Below are positions 10,797 through 20,847 of a stretch of 64,000 nt of DNA, in pieces. The notes beneath the pieces were generated by a model, which did not search any database, was not told where the DNA came from, and saw nothing but the letters and a program-made list of their open reading frames with translations. The stretch's first letter is position 1. Every line of letters begins with the position of its first letter. The translations under genes and the position numbers were made by a program. Source of the DNA: Spirochaetia bacterium (GTDB taxonomy: Bacteria > Spirochaetota > Spirochaetia > SZUA-6 > Bin103); the NCBI GenBank assembly GCA_965203905.1, contig CBDBDQ010000005.1, forward strand, positions 3,872,001 to 3,936,000, read 5' to 3'.

Positions 10797-12287
10797 ATGA
10801 TCTATAGGCCGAGCAAGGCAGCCTTTATGTGGGATACGTGGCTATACTACCATGACGGCAAGCACTATCTCTTCTACATCCAAAAATCACGCCCCGATGC
10901 GCCGTGGGACAGCATAGGCGTGGCTATCTCCGAGGATGGTGTTCATTTTGAGGAACACGGCCCGGTCATCCATAAGGCCGAAGATGCGGCCAAGTTGGGC
11001 ATCGGTATGGTCTGGCGCGCAGGCGGACGTTTCATGACCAACTTCGCCGAGGAACGTCACAAAGGGTATGAGAACTTCTTCGCCGAGTCCGACGATCTGT
11101 TGCACTGGCGTCGCTTGCCCGACGAGGAGTATGTCTTACGTATAGATGAACGCTGGTATGCGAATTCACCTCCATTCGCCAAACTACGTTGGGACGGGTT
11201 GTGGGTGATACCGCGCGCCGGTGGTCCAGGTTTCATTGGCTTCCTAACCGCCGTCTCGCGTGACGGTCCGCCTGGACTGCGGGGGACGATCGGGTGCGTT
11301 CTGTCGGATGATGGGCGCCATTTCCGCGCCGCGCCGCCAGCGGTCGAACCTGGTGTGTGGAGCGACCGCGTCCCACCTATGGGTGCAGTCGAGAAGATTG
11401 GCGAGCACTATTATGCACTCCTGGGCGTCCATCCCGAGATGCCGCTGGGTGCCCGCCACACACCCTGGCTTCTCGACGGCGAGGGCGGGATGTATGTGCT
11501 GATGTCCGAAAAACAGGATGGCCCTTACCGTCTTCTTCCAGATAACCCGCCGCTGCTGGGCAGTCGTCCTATCCACTATGCCTACTTTGGCCGTTTCTAC
11601 CGTTTCGGAGGAGAGGTGTTGTTGAATCATCACGCCGTCACGCGCAAGCCGGGCCACGACGGCTGTTTCGCGCCGCTCAAGACAGTCCATCACGACGCGG
11701 CCGGCCTGCTGAGCCTGCATTGGTGGTCGGGCAACGCAGCGCTAAAGGGCCCGCGGCAACCGGTGACGTTGACGGGCTGTCGTCTCTTTGGTTTGCAATC
11801 CGATCAGGTCTCGGTTCGCAATGGCCGACTTCAGCTGACCGCAACGGCCGGCGGGTTCGCGATCCTGCCTTCAGCGTACAACGCAACGCGCGGCGTCATT
11901 CTCGAGGCAGAGGTGACGACCCTTGCCTCCGATGGCGCCTTCTACGGGGGTGGCATGTTTGTTGAAGAGGAGTCGCCCAAAACGAACCTACCTTGGGAGG
12001 CTACACATGGCACATTGCTCCTGGCCCAGAGCGACGGCCGGGTGACGGTGGGCCCTCACAACCATTACGGCTTCACACCCGAGGATGATAAGCAACTCCC
12101 ATTCTCTCCTGGCGAGACCGCTCACTGGCGGCTGCTGTTGCGCGACGTGCACGTGGAGTTGTACGTGAATGACGAACTGGTCCAGTGCTACACGCTGAGA
12201 CATAGGGCAAGTGGTCGTTTGGGCTTCGCCGTCGAGGCGGGCACAACGACTGTGAAAAACGTGCGCGTGTGGGAAATGTCCCTCTGA
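10797..12287 (+). CDS. GH32-like five-bladed beta-propeller glycoside hydrolase with C-terminal beta-sandwich
   Basis: MWDTW, YLFY, SEDGVHF, SDDLLHW; C-terminal VELYVND. Confidence 0.7.
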   Translation: MIYRPSKAAFMWDTWLYYHDGKHYLFYIQKSRPDAPWDSIGVAISEDGVHFEEHGPVIHKAEDAAKLGIGMVWRAGGRFMTNFAEERHKGYENFFAESDDLLHWRRLPDEEYVLRIDERWYANSPPFAKLRWDGLWVIPRAGGPGFIGFLTAVSRDGPPGLRGTIGCVLSDDGRHFRAAPPAVEPGVWSDRVPPMGAVEKIGEHYYALLGVHPEMPLGARHTPWLLDGEGGMYVLMSEKQDGPYRLLPDNPPLLGSRPIHYAYFGRFYRFGGEVLLNHHAVTRKPGHDGCFAPLKTVHHDAAGLLSLHWWSGNAALKGPRQPVTLTGCRLFGLQSDQVSVRNGRLQLTATAGGFAILPSAYNATRGVILEAEVTTLASDGAFYGGGMFVEEESPKTNLPWEATHGTLLLAQSDGRVTVGPHNHYGFTPEDDKQLPFSPGETAHWRLLLRDVHVELYVNDELVQCYTLRHRASGRLGFAVEAGTTTVKNVRVWEMSL

Positions 12288-12303
12288 AAAGACTGGTGGA
12301 AAG

Positions 12304-13293
12304 GTGAGAAGCTACATCGTAAGAAGGCTTGTCTACATGCTCATCACTTTGTGGATGCTGAGCGTGGTCTCATTCGTTCTGATCCAACTTCCTCCAGGCG
12401 ATTATGTCACCAATTTAGTCTCGAGCATGAAAGCATTCGGGGCGGATACCCTGGACGAGAGCCAGATAACTGCGCTCAGAAAATACTACGGCCTCGACAA
12501 GTCGTTAGCCGAGCAATACCTCCGCTGGATGACCAGGTTCGTTCGCGGGGAAATGGGGCGTTCTTTCAGCTATGAGAAGCCTACGATCCAATTGTTGCAG
12601 GAGCGTTTGCCGTATACGGTGTTGCTCTCCCTTAGCACGATCGTCTTCATCTATCTTGTAGCCGTGCCGATTGGGGTCTATGTCGCTACCCATCAATATG
12701 GCTTCAGTGACTATCTGTTCACGGCGCTCGGCTTCATTGGGCTGTCAACCCCCAATTTCATGTTGGCTTTGATTCTAATGTACATTTTCTTTAAGTACTT
12801 TGGCATCAGCGCTGGAGGATTGTTTTCGCGCGAGTATGCCGTGGCGCCGTGGAGTCTGGCTAAAGTCTGGGACCTTATCCAACATCTTTGGGTGCCTGTA
12901 ATCGTCCTGGGCACAGCTGGCACGGCCGGCATCATCCGAGTTATGCGCGGAGTCCTGCTGGACGAACTAGGCAAGCAATACGTCATCACCGCTCGTGCTA
13001 AGGGTGTTTCAGAGAGAAGGCTGTTGTTCAAGTACCCGGTTCGTGTGGCCATCAATCCTATCGTCAGTACCATCGGTTGGAACTTGCCGGAAATCGTCTC
13101 TGGAGGGACCATCACCGCCATCGTCTTGAGCCTGCCGACCTTAGGACCCATTCTCTTCAATGCACTTCGAGTTCAAGACTTTTATTTGGCTGCGAGTATC
13201 CTGATGGTACTCGGAATTCTTACGGTTTTCGGCACCCTGCTATCTGACATCCTGTTGGTCATCGTTGATCCTCGTATTCGTATGGAAAGGTGA
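12304..13293 (+). CDS. ABC permease (DppB-like)
   Basis: LPPGDY, TARAKG, DPRIR. Confidence 0.92.
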   Translation: MRSYIVRRLVYMLITLWMLSVVSFVLIQLPPGDYVTNLVSSMKAFGADTLDESQITALRKYYGLDKSLAEQYLRWMTRFVRGEMGRSFSYEKPTIQLLQERLPYTVLLSLSTIVFIYLVAVPIGVYVATHQYGFSDYLFTALGFIGLSTPNFMLALILMYIFFKYFGISAGGLFSREYAVAPWSLAKVWDLIQHLWVPVIVLGTAGTAGIIRVMRGVLLDELGKQYVITARAKGVSERRLLFKYPVRVAINPIVSTIGWNLPEIVSGGTITAIVLSLPTLGPILFNALRVQDFYLAASILMVLGILTVFGTLLSDILLVIVDPRIRMER

Positions 13294-13300
13294 ACCTGTC

Positions 13301-14446
13301 GTGAAGGCGAGAGCGGAAGCAACCATTCTGGAAATAGAGGAGCCCCATGAGCTTACAGCCGAAGAGCGCTACTTCACGGCCTCGCAGCGAGAGCTTATGT
13401 GGCGCAGGTTTAGGAAACACAAGCTGGCGGTCGTCTCCTCAGTGCTTTTGGCGTTCCTGTACTTCGTAGCTGCCAGCTATGAGTTCTGGATACCCTACAG
13501 TGAGTCGACGCAGCACAAAGGATTTTCAGGTGCGCCGCCCGCTCGTATCCATTTCTTCGATAGTGAGGGCAAGTTTCGTGGACCCTTTGTGTATGGGCTC
13601 GATCGTTCGGTAGATCCCGAAACCTTCGCAACGGTCTTTGAGGAGGAGACGGATCGCGTTTTTCCGATCCGTCTTTTCCAAAGGGGGGAGGCCTACCGCC
13701 TCTGGGGTATCTTTCCCACGGATGTGCATTTCTTCGGGGCTGGGGAGGGGCTTGTTTTCCTGTTTGGGTCTGATCGACTGGGGCGCGACCTTTTCTCCCG
13801 CATCCTGGCTGCCAGCCGCATCAGCCTCTCCATTGGATTAGTGGGTGTTGCGCTCAGTTTCGTTCTTGGTTGTATACTGGGAGGCATTTCAGGGTTCTAT
13901 GGGGGTACCCCAGACCTCATCATCCAGCGAGTCATCGAATTCGTGGTCGCGGTACCGAAGATTCCTTTGTGGATGGCTCTCAGTGCAGCCGTGCCCCCAA
14001 GATGGTCGTCGGTGAACGTCTACTTCGCCATTACGATCATCCTCTCCATCATTGGCTGGGCGGGTCTGGCTCGGGTGGTGCGCGGGAAGCTTTTGGAGCT
14101 CAGGGAGCATGACTTCGTCATGGCAGCAAAGATCGCTGGTGCCAGGGATCGGCAAATCATCTCCGATCATCTACTGCCGGGTTTCATGAGTTACCTGATC
14201 GTACACCTGACCCTCGCCATACCCGCCATGATCCTGGCTGAAACGGCGCTCAGCTTTCTGGGCCTGGGGATCCGTGCCCCAGCCCTCAGTTGGGGAACAC
14301 TATTGCAGGACGCACAGAACATTCGAAGTGTTGCCGTCCAGCCCTGGATGCTAATTCCCGGCCTGTTCGTGATTGTAACGGTAATTCTGTACAATTTCTT
14401 GGGTGATGGCCTACGCGACGCGGCCGATCCCTACAAATCCAGCTGA
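13301..14446 (+). CDS. ABC permease (DppC-like)
   Basis: FGSDRLGRDLFSR, HLLP, GDGLRDAADP; GTG start chosen at 13301. Confidence 0.92.
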   Translation: MKARAEATILEIEEPHELTAEERYFTASQRELMWRRFRKHKLAVVSSVLLAFLYFVAASYEFWIPYSESTQHKGFSGAPPARIHFFDSEGKFRGPFVYGLDRSVDPETFATVFEEETDRVFPIRLFQRGEAYRLWGIFPTDVHFFGAGEGLVFLFGSDRLGRDLFSRILAASRISLSIGLVGVALSFVLGCILGGISGFYGGTPDLIIQRVIEFVVAVPKIPLWMALSAAVPPRWSSVNVYFAITIILSIIGWAGLARVVRGKLLELREHDFVMAAKIAGARDRQIISDHLLPGFMSYLIVHLTLAIPAMILAETALSFLGLGIRAPALSWGTLLQDAQNIRSVAVQPWMLIPGLFVIVTVILYNFLGDGLRDAADPYKSS

Positions 14447-14462
14447 AGCAGGGAGCGCCCTC

Positions 14463-14567
14463 ATGAACCTCCATCTCGATCTGGAAGCGCAGCGCAGTGA
14501 ACCAGACTACTTGATCTACAAGCCTGGTGCGGCTGGGTCCCTGCCAGCGGATCGTATATCCGCATGA
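14463..14567 (+). pseudogene. 34-codon N-terminal stub of a sialidase-like paralogue
   Basis: MNLHLDLEAQRSEPDYLIYKP resembles the N-terminus of 15345..16652 (EWKRTKPDFVIYRP); has an RBS; stop overlaps the phyH start (ATGA). Confidence 0.5.
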
Positions 14568-15307
14568 ATATCACGAATAAACTAGTCAAGCAATATCACC
14601 AAGCAGGTTATCTTGTCTGCCGTGACCTCATCACTCCCGATGAAGTTCGCGACCTGCGAGAAGCCTACACATCCTCTTTGGAGAAAATGCGAAGGGAGAA
14701 TAAGCTCAAGAGCATCCGATCCGGCACAGACCTTGAGGGCAGAGAGACAGCAGTATATCAGATTAGAATGGCCCACCTTCACCACCCCTTGTTCAACGAC
14801 CTGATCCATGATGCCCGTTTACTCAATATCGTCGAAAGTCTGATCGGCCCCAATATTCGCATCGTCCTCTTTCAGGGGCTTTACAAACCTCCACTGACAG
14901 GGGGAACCGTCCACTGGCATCAAGATGATTACTATTTCCGCGTCGATAAAGAAAATGCTGTCGTCAGTTGCTGGTTGACTTTGGATGATGCCACGGTCGA
15001 TAACGGATGCATGTGGGTTCTACCTGGCGCCCATCGCCAAATCCTAGAACACATCCCATCAGAGGGTGGCGGGCTAAGGATGCTTGAGATTGATGAGGCG
15101 AAAGCGGTGCCAATCGAGTTGCAAGCTGGTCAATGCATGTTCCATCATGGGTCCATGCCACATCGCACCTTGGACAATACGACCAATTCGCAGCGGCGGG
15201 CCCTGGCTATCCACTTCATGGATGCGACGGCTAAACCCATGGGGAGAGGGCGTCAACAAGAGCCTCTCGAGAATATGCCGATTGTGCGAGGACAGAGGGG
15301 CTGGTGA
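14564..15307 (+). CDS. Phytanoyl-CoA dioxygenase (PhyH) family 2OG-Fe(II) oxygenase
   Basis: WHQD, NGCMWVLPGAH, H..N....RRA. Confidence 0.9.
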   Translation: MNITNKLVKQYHQAGYLVCRDLITPDEVRDLREAYTSSLEKMRRENKLKSIRSGTDLEGRETAVYQIRMAHLHHPLFNDLIHDARLLNIVESLIGPNIRIVLFQGLYKPPLTGGTVHWHQDDYYFRVDKENAVVSCWLTLDDATVDNGCMWVLPGAHRQILEHIPSEGGGLRMLEIDEAKAVPIELQAGQCMFHHGSMPHRTLDNTTNSQRRALAIHFMDATAKPMGRGRQQEPLENMPIVRGQRGW

Positions 15308-15344
15308 CATAAATCAATCGGAGTAGTTACGGAGATCAAGTATC

Positions 15345-16652
15345 ATGAAGCCATACGAAAACTTTAACGACGAATGGAAGCGGACCAAGCCAGATTTCGT
15401 AATCTACAGGCCCCAGGATGTCGGCGGGCCGGATTATGAGAACCAGCACTTCATCGTCAATCGAACCCCAGGTGGCGACCTGCTGGCTATCTGGACCTCC
15501 GCCACCCGGGAGGGCGACGTCGACCAGCGGGTGGTCTGCGCCCGCAGCACGGATCAAGGTCGGACCTGGAGCGAACCCCAGCATCTGGACGGGCCGGGTG
15601 AGGACGACGACCACATTGCGAGCTGGGCATTTCCAATCATCAGTCAGACTGGCAGAATCTATTGCTTTTACAATAAGTTTATTGGATTCCACGATTATAG
15701 CCGTGGCCTGACCGGCGTTATGCTCAGCCTATATTCGGACGACGATGGCCATACCTGGATGGCAGGCGGCGAACATCCAATCCGCCGCAGCAAGATCGAT
15801 CACCCGGATCCCCAGGTGCCCTGCAACTGGATCGTTTGGCAGAACCCCAGCCGCGACTCGCAAGGACGGGTGCTGGCAGGCCTCACCAGACGTGCAAGTC
15901 CCACCTACTGTGCCGACTGCCTACGCCGTCCCACGGGTCTCACGAATTGGAAGGAGTGGTCCTGGTTCGAGTCCCAATGTGAGTTCATGCGTTTCGATAA
16001 CATCAACGAGGGACCCCATCCTCAGGACCTCAAGCTCACTTTTTTGCCAGATGATGATTCAATACTACGCGTGCCCCATCCGGGCCAACCTGTGGTCTCC
16101 TATTCTCAGGAGCCAGCCGTTGTGCTCCTGCCGGACGGCCGCCTCTTCACGGTGATGCGGACCTGGACGGGGCGCATCTACTACAGCGTATCCGAAGACG
16201 ATGGTCATACCTGGCGAAAGCCTGAGTCGCTGCGACACCGGGACGGCGGCGAGGAGATGCTGCAACCCAAGTCCGGCTGTCCCTTGTACGTGATGCGGAA
16301 CGGTCAATACCTCTTGTTCTATCACAACAACGATGGTACCATCCATGGCGGCACCGGTCCCGGAGATTACCTTAAGAACCGCTGGCCGCTGTTCGCAGCG
16401 TTGGGAGAATATCAACCAGATGCCCACCAGCCTATCTGGTTTAGCCAGCCCAAGGAATTTGCTACCACCGACGGTGTCGGTAAGCCCCCGATAGACGAAG
16501 AGGGCGCGACGGCGCACAATGAATTAGGTGACTATACCAGCTTTACCGAGGATGCAGCTGGCCGCATTCTCTGGTATCCGGATCGCAAAGTCTTCCTTCT
16601 TGGCAAGACCATTTCAGATGCATGGTTGTCTGATATGAATATCCCTCGTTAA
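15345..16652 (+). CDS. BNR/Asp-box sialidase-family protein
   Basis: Asp boxes STDQGRTW, SDDDGHTW, SEDDGHTW; QEPAVVLLPDGRLFTVMRT. Confidence 0.8.
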   Translation: MKPYENFNDEWKRTKPDFVIYRPQDVGGPDYENQHFIVNRTPGGDLLAIWTSATREGDVDQRVVCARSTDQGRTWSEPQHLDGPGEDDDHIASWAFPIISQTGRIYCFYNKFIGFHDYSRGLTGVMLSLYSDDDGHTWMAGGEHPIRRSKIDHPDPQVPCNWIVWQNPSRDSQGRVLAGLTRRASPTYCADCLRRPTGLTNWKEWSWFESQCEFMRFDNINEGPHPQDLKLTFLPDDDSILRVPHPGQPVVSYSQEPAVVLLPDGRLFTVMRTWTGRIYYSVSEDDGHTWRKPESLRHRDGGEEMLQPKSGCPLYVMRNGQYLLFYHNNDGTIHGGTGPGDYLKNRWPLFAALGEYQPDAHQPIWFSQPKEFATTDGVGKPPIDEEGATAHNELGDYTSFTEDAAGRILWYPDRKVFLLGKTISDAWLSDMNIPR

Positions 16653-16799
16653 TTCCAGTTACCTTTTCAGATCGCATGAATCCGCGAATGGAGTGCAAGC
16701 GCCGGTTGCCTAGCAGGCGAGGTCTTTAAGCTATTTTTTGAGGTTTTTGAGCACCGAAGGAATACATATATGTCGATTACGGATTCCGCGTCCTGGCTC

Positions 16800-17535
16800 C
16801 CGGGTTGGATCACCGGAGCGACGTCAGCGATGCCCTGGTCTCTCGGGCCTGCGAGGCCTTCCTGCTGAACCGAACGGGGACGAATCCTTTTCTCCTGGTC
16901 GTCTCCTCTTGCAGCCCCACGACATCTGCGACTGGCTGCCCCTCAAGGTGTTACGCAAGGACACCCTGCCGTTCCCCGAACTGGAGATGGAGTTGCCGGA
17001 CCTGCCGCCCAATCATGAAACGAATTCTTCTTGTTCGTCTACGACCGTGAGGGAACCGCAGGGGCTTCGCAACATGCGGGAGCGCTGGCTGGAGGCAACT
17101 TCCGGCCGTTGGGGCGAGGCGGACTGGCGCTACTACTTGTGGAGCTACTACCGCATGGTGGAGATGGAGGACGCGGAGATCGGCCGCGTCCTCCGGGCTC
17201 TGGACAACTCACCGTACGCGGACAACACGATGATCCTGTTCACATCCGATCACGGGGAGGGGGTGGCTCAGCACCGCCTACCAGCTCGCAAGCGGACGAT
17301 GTACGAAGCCATGGTCAAGGTGGCGCTGCTCGCTTGCTGGCCAGGGTATATTCGAGAAGGTGTGACCGATTCGGAGCATCTGGTCTCGGGTATCGATATC
17401 ATGCCCACCTTCTGCGACTATGCTAGCGTCGATCCACCGGCCAACACGAAGGGCCGCAGCTTGCGGCCGCTGTTGGATGGCACCGAAACCGAATGGCGCT
17501 CCTTGCATTGGAAAGAAACTAATAAATCAAGCTAA
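16800..17535 (+). pseudogene. Sulfatase pseudogene
   Basis: PFLLVVS then a frameshift to QPHDIC; DNTMILFTSDHGE, DIMPT, GRSL; no CxPxR N-terminus; early stop. Confidence 0.75.
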
Positions 17536-17550
17536 ATTAGGAGAGCTCAT

Positions 17551-19032
17551 ATGATCTTCAGACCAGACCCAACCAGGTGCCGAATGGGCGATCATTGGAT
17601 GTACGAGGGGCAGGGCCTGACTCATCTATTCTATATGAAACGTGATGTTGACGGTCGGTTTAACCGCGTCGGCCACGCGACCTCTGACGATCTGCTGCAC
17701 TGGGAGGAGCATGAGGACATCACGATCCAGCCCCGCGAAGGCGACTGGGACTACCAGAACCGCATCACCCAGACCGGCTACGTGATCGAACACGAGGACC
17801 ACTACTGGATGGCCTATGGTTCCAGGGACGTGCTGACGCAGAAAATCGGCTGGTTGGTATCGGACGACCTTTTCCACTGGAACAGGCCGAGCAGCCGGCC
17901 AGTATTGTGGCCTCAAACGGAATATTATGTGCACGAGAACCAGGAGCCGGTCGAGTACGGGTTTTGGTGGCGCGATCCCTGTTTTGTACGCACCGAGAAA
18001 GGGTGGGATGCCTTCATCTGCGCTCGCGCCAATCAAGAGCCCCCTGGTGGCCGCGGCTGTATCGGCAGAGCCAGGTCGCGGGACCTGCTGCACTGGGAGT
18101 ACCTGCCCCCCATCTATGCGCCAGGGCGTTATCGAGGCATGGAGGTGCCGGATTACTTCGAGCTCAATGGCTACCACTATTTCCTCTTCTCGACCATGTC
18201 GCGCAAGGGCATCCGCCTGAATAGCCCTAAGGGGCAGCTGACCGCCGGCGTCTATTATTGTGTGTCAGAAAGCTACGAAGGACCTTACCAGGTGCCAACG
18301 GATCACCTCCTTGTTGGACGCAATTCCTACGTCGGCCGACATTTTCGGTTCCGAGGAGAAGACCTGTTCACCCACTTGAACCAGCGCGAGCACGACGAAC
18401 CGGAGGACCGGCCAACTTTTTCTTTGCCCAAGCGATTCGGACAAAGTCCGGATGGATCGCTTTTCCTGCGGTTCTGGCCAGGGGCCGAAGCGCTGTGGGA
18501 CACTGCCGCTCAGGTGCTTCCCTCAGAGCCGATAGAGACCATGGGATTACCAGGGGAATGGGAAGTCGGCCCTACATCCGTGACAGGACGCTGTGATTAC
18601 GGCCCGTCGGTAGCCTGGATGTCCGATATCTGCCGGGATTTTCACCTGGCGTTTGACATCGAACTAACAAAGAGGTGTCGTGGTTCCGTCCTGCTGCGTG
18701 GAGAAGCAAATTCTGGCGTGATTTTTACCATCAATGACTCGGAACGCCAATATGAGATCGGTACCGCTGATGGTGTACCCAATGGTCTCTATCTCCATTT
18801 GGTGGACACGATCCCCTTCTCGGCGATGCCTCAGTTGGCTTCAGATTATGAGAGTCGCCAGTTTTCCGTGCGCCTGATTATACGACGAGAAATCGTAGAG
18901 GCGTATGTGCAGGACCAACTCATCTTCACCAGGTCATTTGGCCAGATATCCGAGACAGGACGCATTGGATTTGCCGCAGATAGCGGTGGAATCTCGGTTG
19001 TCAACCTGGAACTTAGCTCAATCGATGACTAG
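17551..19032 (+). CDS. GH32-family glycoside hydrolase
   Basis: MGDHW, GHATSDDLLHW, WRDP, SRDLLHWE, MEVP (complete catalytic triad). Confidence 0.82.
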   Translation: MIFRPDPTRCRMGDHWMYEGQGLTHLFYMKRDVDGRFNRVGHATSDDLLHWEEHEDITIQPREGDWDYQNRITQTGYVIEHEDHYWMAYGSRDVLTQKIGWLVSDDLFHWNRPSSRPVLWPQTEYYVHENQEPVEYGFWWRDPCFVRTEKGWDAFICARANQEPPGGRGCIGRARSRDLLHWEYLPPIYAPGRYRGMEVPDYFELNGYHYFLFSTMSRKGIRLNSPKGQLTAGVYYCVSESYEGPYQVPTDHLLVGRNSYVGRHFRFRGEDLFTHLNQREHDEPEDRPTFSLPKRFGQSPDGSLFLRFWPGAEALWDTAAQVLPSEPIETMGLPGEWEVGPTSVTGRCDYGPSVAWMSDICRDFHLAFDIELTKRCRGSVLLRGEANSGVIFTINDSERQYEIGTADGVPNGLYLHLVDTIPFSAMPQLASDYESRQFSVRLIIRREIVEAYVQDQLIFTRSFGQISETGRIGFAADSGGISVVNLELSSIDD

Positions 19033-19431
19033 ACTTCGGCTTGAACATCGCGCTCGGTGCGGAGCGCCGTCTCGTATCGGTTCTCCGGTTCTCCTGCGAA
19101 TCTGCGAGAATTCGCGGCCTGATTTCGCGGAGCAAGTTGTCGGCCAGCAGGATCCGCGCGCCGATGCGCCAGCGTCGGCAGACGCATTGACCCACCGTAC
19201 CAGCGGCCGGGGTGGCTGCGCTGCCACGATGTAGGCGAGTACCCGGCGGCAGCAGCGCGAGGCACGGGGGGCGGCATTCCGGGCCGGGGCCGCGTGACAG
19301 CGGCTGCTTGCAGGTTACACCGAGAGCGCCACCGGAGACGCGGGCTTTAGCGGTGTCCGGCCCTTGCGTCGCGGTCCTGTCAGCGGACGGGCTGTGCAAC
19401 AGAGCGCGCGGCGCTATGATCTCGGTGTGTC

Positions 19432-20787
19432 ATGAGTAACGCTGCTCCATCGCCGTTCGCGGCGCTGTTTTTGGAAGATTCGGTCCATCAGACCTGGCTC
19501 GACGTGGAGGTGGCGCTGGCCGCGGCGCAGGCTGAGCTGGGGATCATTCCGGCCGCGGCCGCGGCCGAGATCGCGGCCAAGGCGAAGTTGGAGCTGGTCG
19601 ACCGGGCTGCCTTCGCCCGTCATCTGGAGGTGACCGGGCATGCCCTGGTGTCGCTGGTGTGGCAGATCGACGCCTTGTGCGACGGCGATGCCGGCGGCTA
19701 CCTGCACTGGGGCGCCACCACCGTCAACATCACCCAGACCGCCCGTCTGCTGCTGGTGCGGCGTGCCTACCGGCTGATGCAGGGCGAGCTGGCAACGCTG
19801 TTGCGGCACCTCGCGGACCACGCCGACGCGGCCAGCGACTACGCCATGGCCGGGCGTACCCACGGCCAGCACGCGTTGCCGATCACCTTCGGCCTCAAGG
19901 TGGCCACCTGGATCGACGAGTTGCTGCGTCACGAGGAGCGCCTGCGCCAGCTTGAGCCGCGCACGTTCCGCGCGATGTACGGCGGCGGGGTCGGTACCGT
20001 GGCGGCGCTCGACGACCGCGGACCGGAGTTGCAGCACCGCTTGGCCGAGCGTCTGGAGATGGCGCCGATGGAGCTGCCGGCGCGCACCGCGCGCGACCAT
20101 CTCGCCGAGTACGTGACCACCCTGGCGCTGCTGTGCGGGACGCTGGCGCGGATGGCGCGCGAAGTCTACACGCTGATGAAGCCGGAGTACGGCGAGGTGG
20201 AGGAAGCGGTGCCGGCGGGTGCGGTCGGCAGCAGCACCATGCCGCAGAAGCGCAACCCCAAGCTGTGCATGCTGGTGCTGCAGCTCACTGCGCGGGTGCG
20301 CGCGCAGGTGGCGCCGGCGCTGGAGTCGCTCGCCGCCGAGCACGAGGAGGACGGCAGCCAGTACCAGGTTATGGAACACGCCCTGACCGACGCGGTGGTG
20401 GCGGCGGGCGAGGCGCTACAGGCCACCGCGGCGCTGGCCGGCGGCCTGCGCCTGGACCGGGAGCGGATGCGGCGCAACCTGGACCTGACGCGCGGCCTGA
20501 TCGTGTCCGAGCGGGTGATGCTGGCGCTCGGCGAGCACGTCGGCCGCCAGCACGCCCACGATCTGGTGTACGAGGCGGCGCAGCGCGCCCACGCAAAGGG
20601 CACCGCGTTCGCGGCCGAGTTGCGGGAGCTGCCTGAGGTGGCGGCCAACCTGAGTCCGGAGCAACTGGCGGAACTGCTGGACGCGAGCCGCTACGTGGGC
20701 CTGTCCGCCGACTTCGCCCGCGATGCGGCGGCCGCGGCACGAGCGGCCGCCGCCCGGCTTGCGCCAGCCGTGCAGGCCGGAAGTTGA
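19432..20787 (+). CDS. Adenylosuccinate lyase / fumarate lyase superfamily protein
   Basis: HWGAT, GRTHGQHA, SSTMPQKRNP signature. Confidence 0.88.
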   Translation: MSNAAPSPFAALFLEDSVHQTWLDVEVALAAAQAELGIIPAAAAAEIAAKAKLELVDRAAFARHLEVTGHALVSLVWQIDALCDGDAGGYLHWGATTVNITQTARLLLVRRAYRLMQGELATLLRHLADHADAASDYAMAGRTHGQHALPITFGLKVATWIDELLRHEERLRQLEPRTFRAMYGGGVGTVAALDDRGPELQHRLAERLEMAPMELPARTARDHLAEYVTTLALLCGTLARMAREVYTLMKPEYGEVEEAVPAGAVGSSTMPQKRNPKLCMLVLQLTARVRAQVAPALESLAAEHEEDGSQYQVMEHALTDAVVAAGEALQATAALAGGLRLDRERMRRNLDLTRGLIVSERVMLALGEHVGRQHAHDLVYEAAQRAHAKGTAFAAELRELPEVAANLSPEQLAELLDASRYVGLSADFARDAAAAARAAAARLAPAVQAGS

Positions 20788-20847
20788 GCAGGGGCGCAGG
20801 GCGGCGCGGCCGGGAGCTGAACCGCGGCGCCCGGCAGGCGCCTTGGC

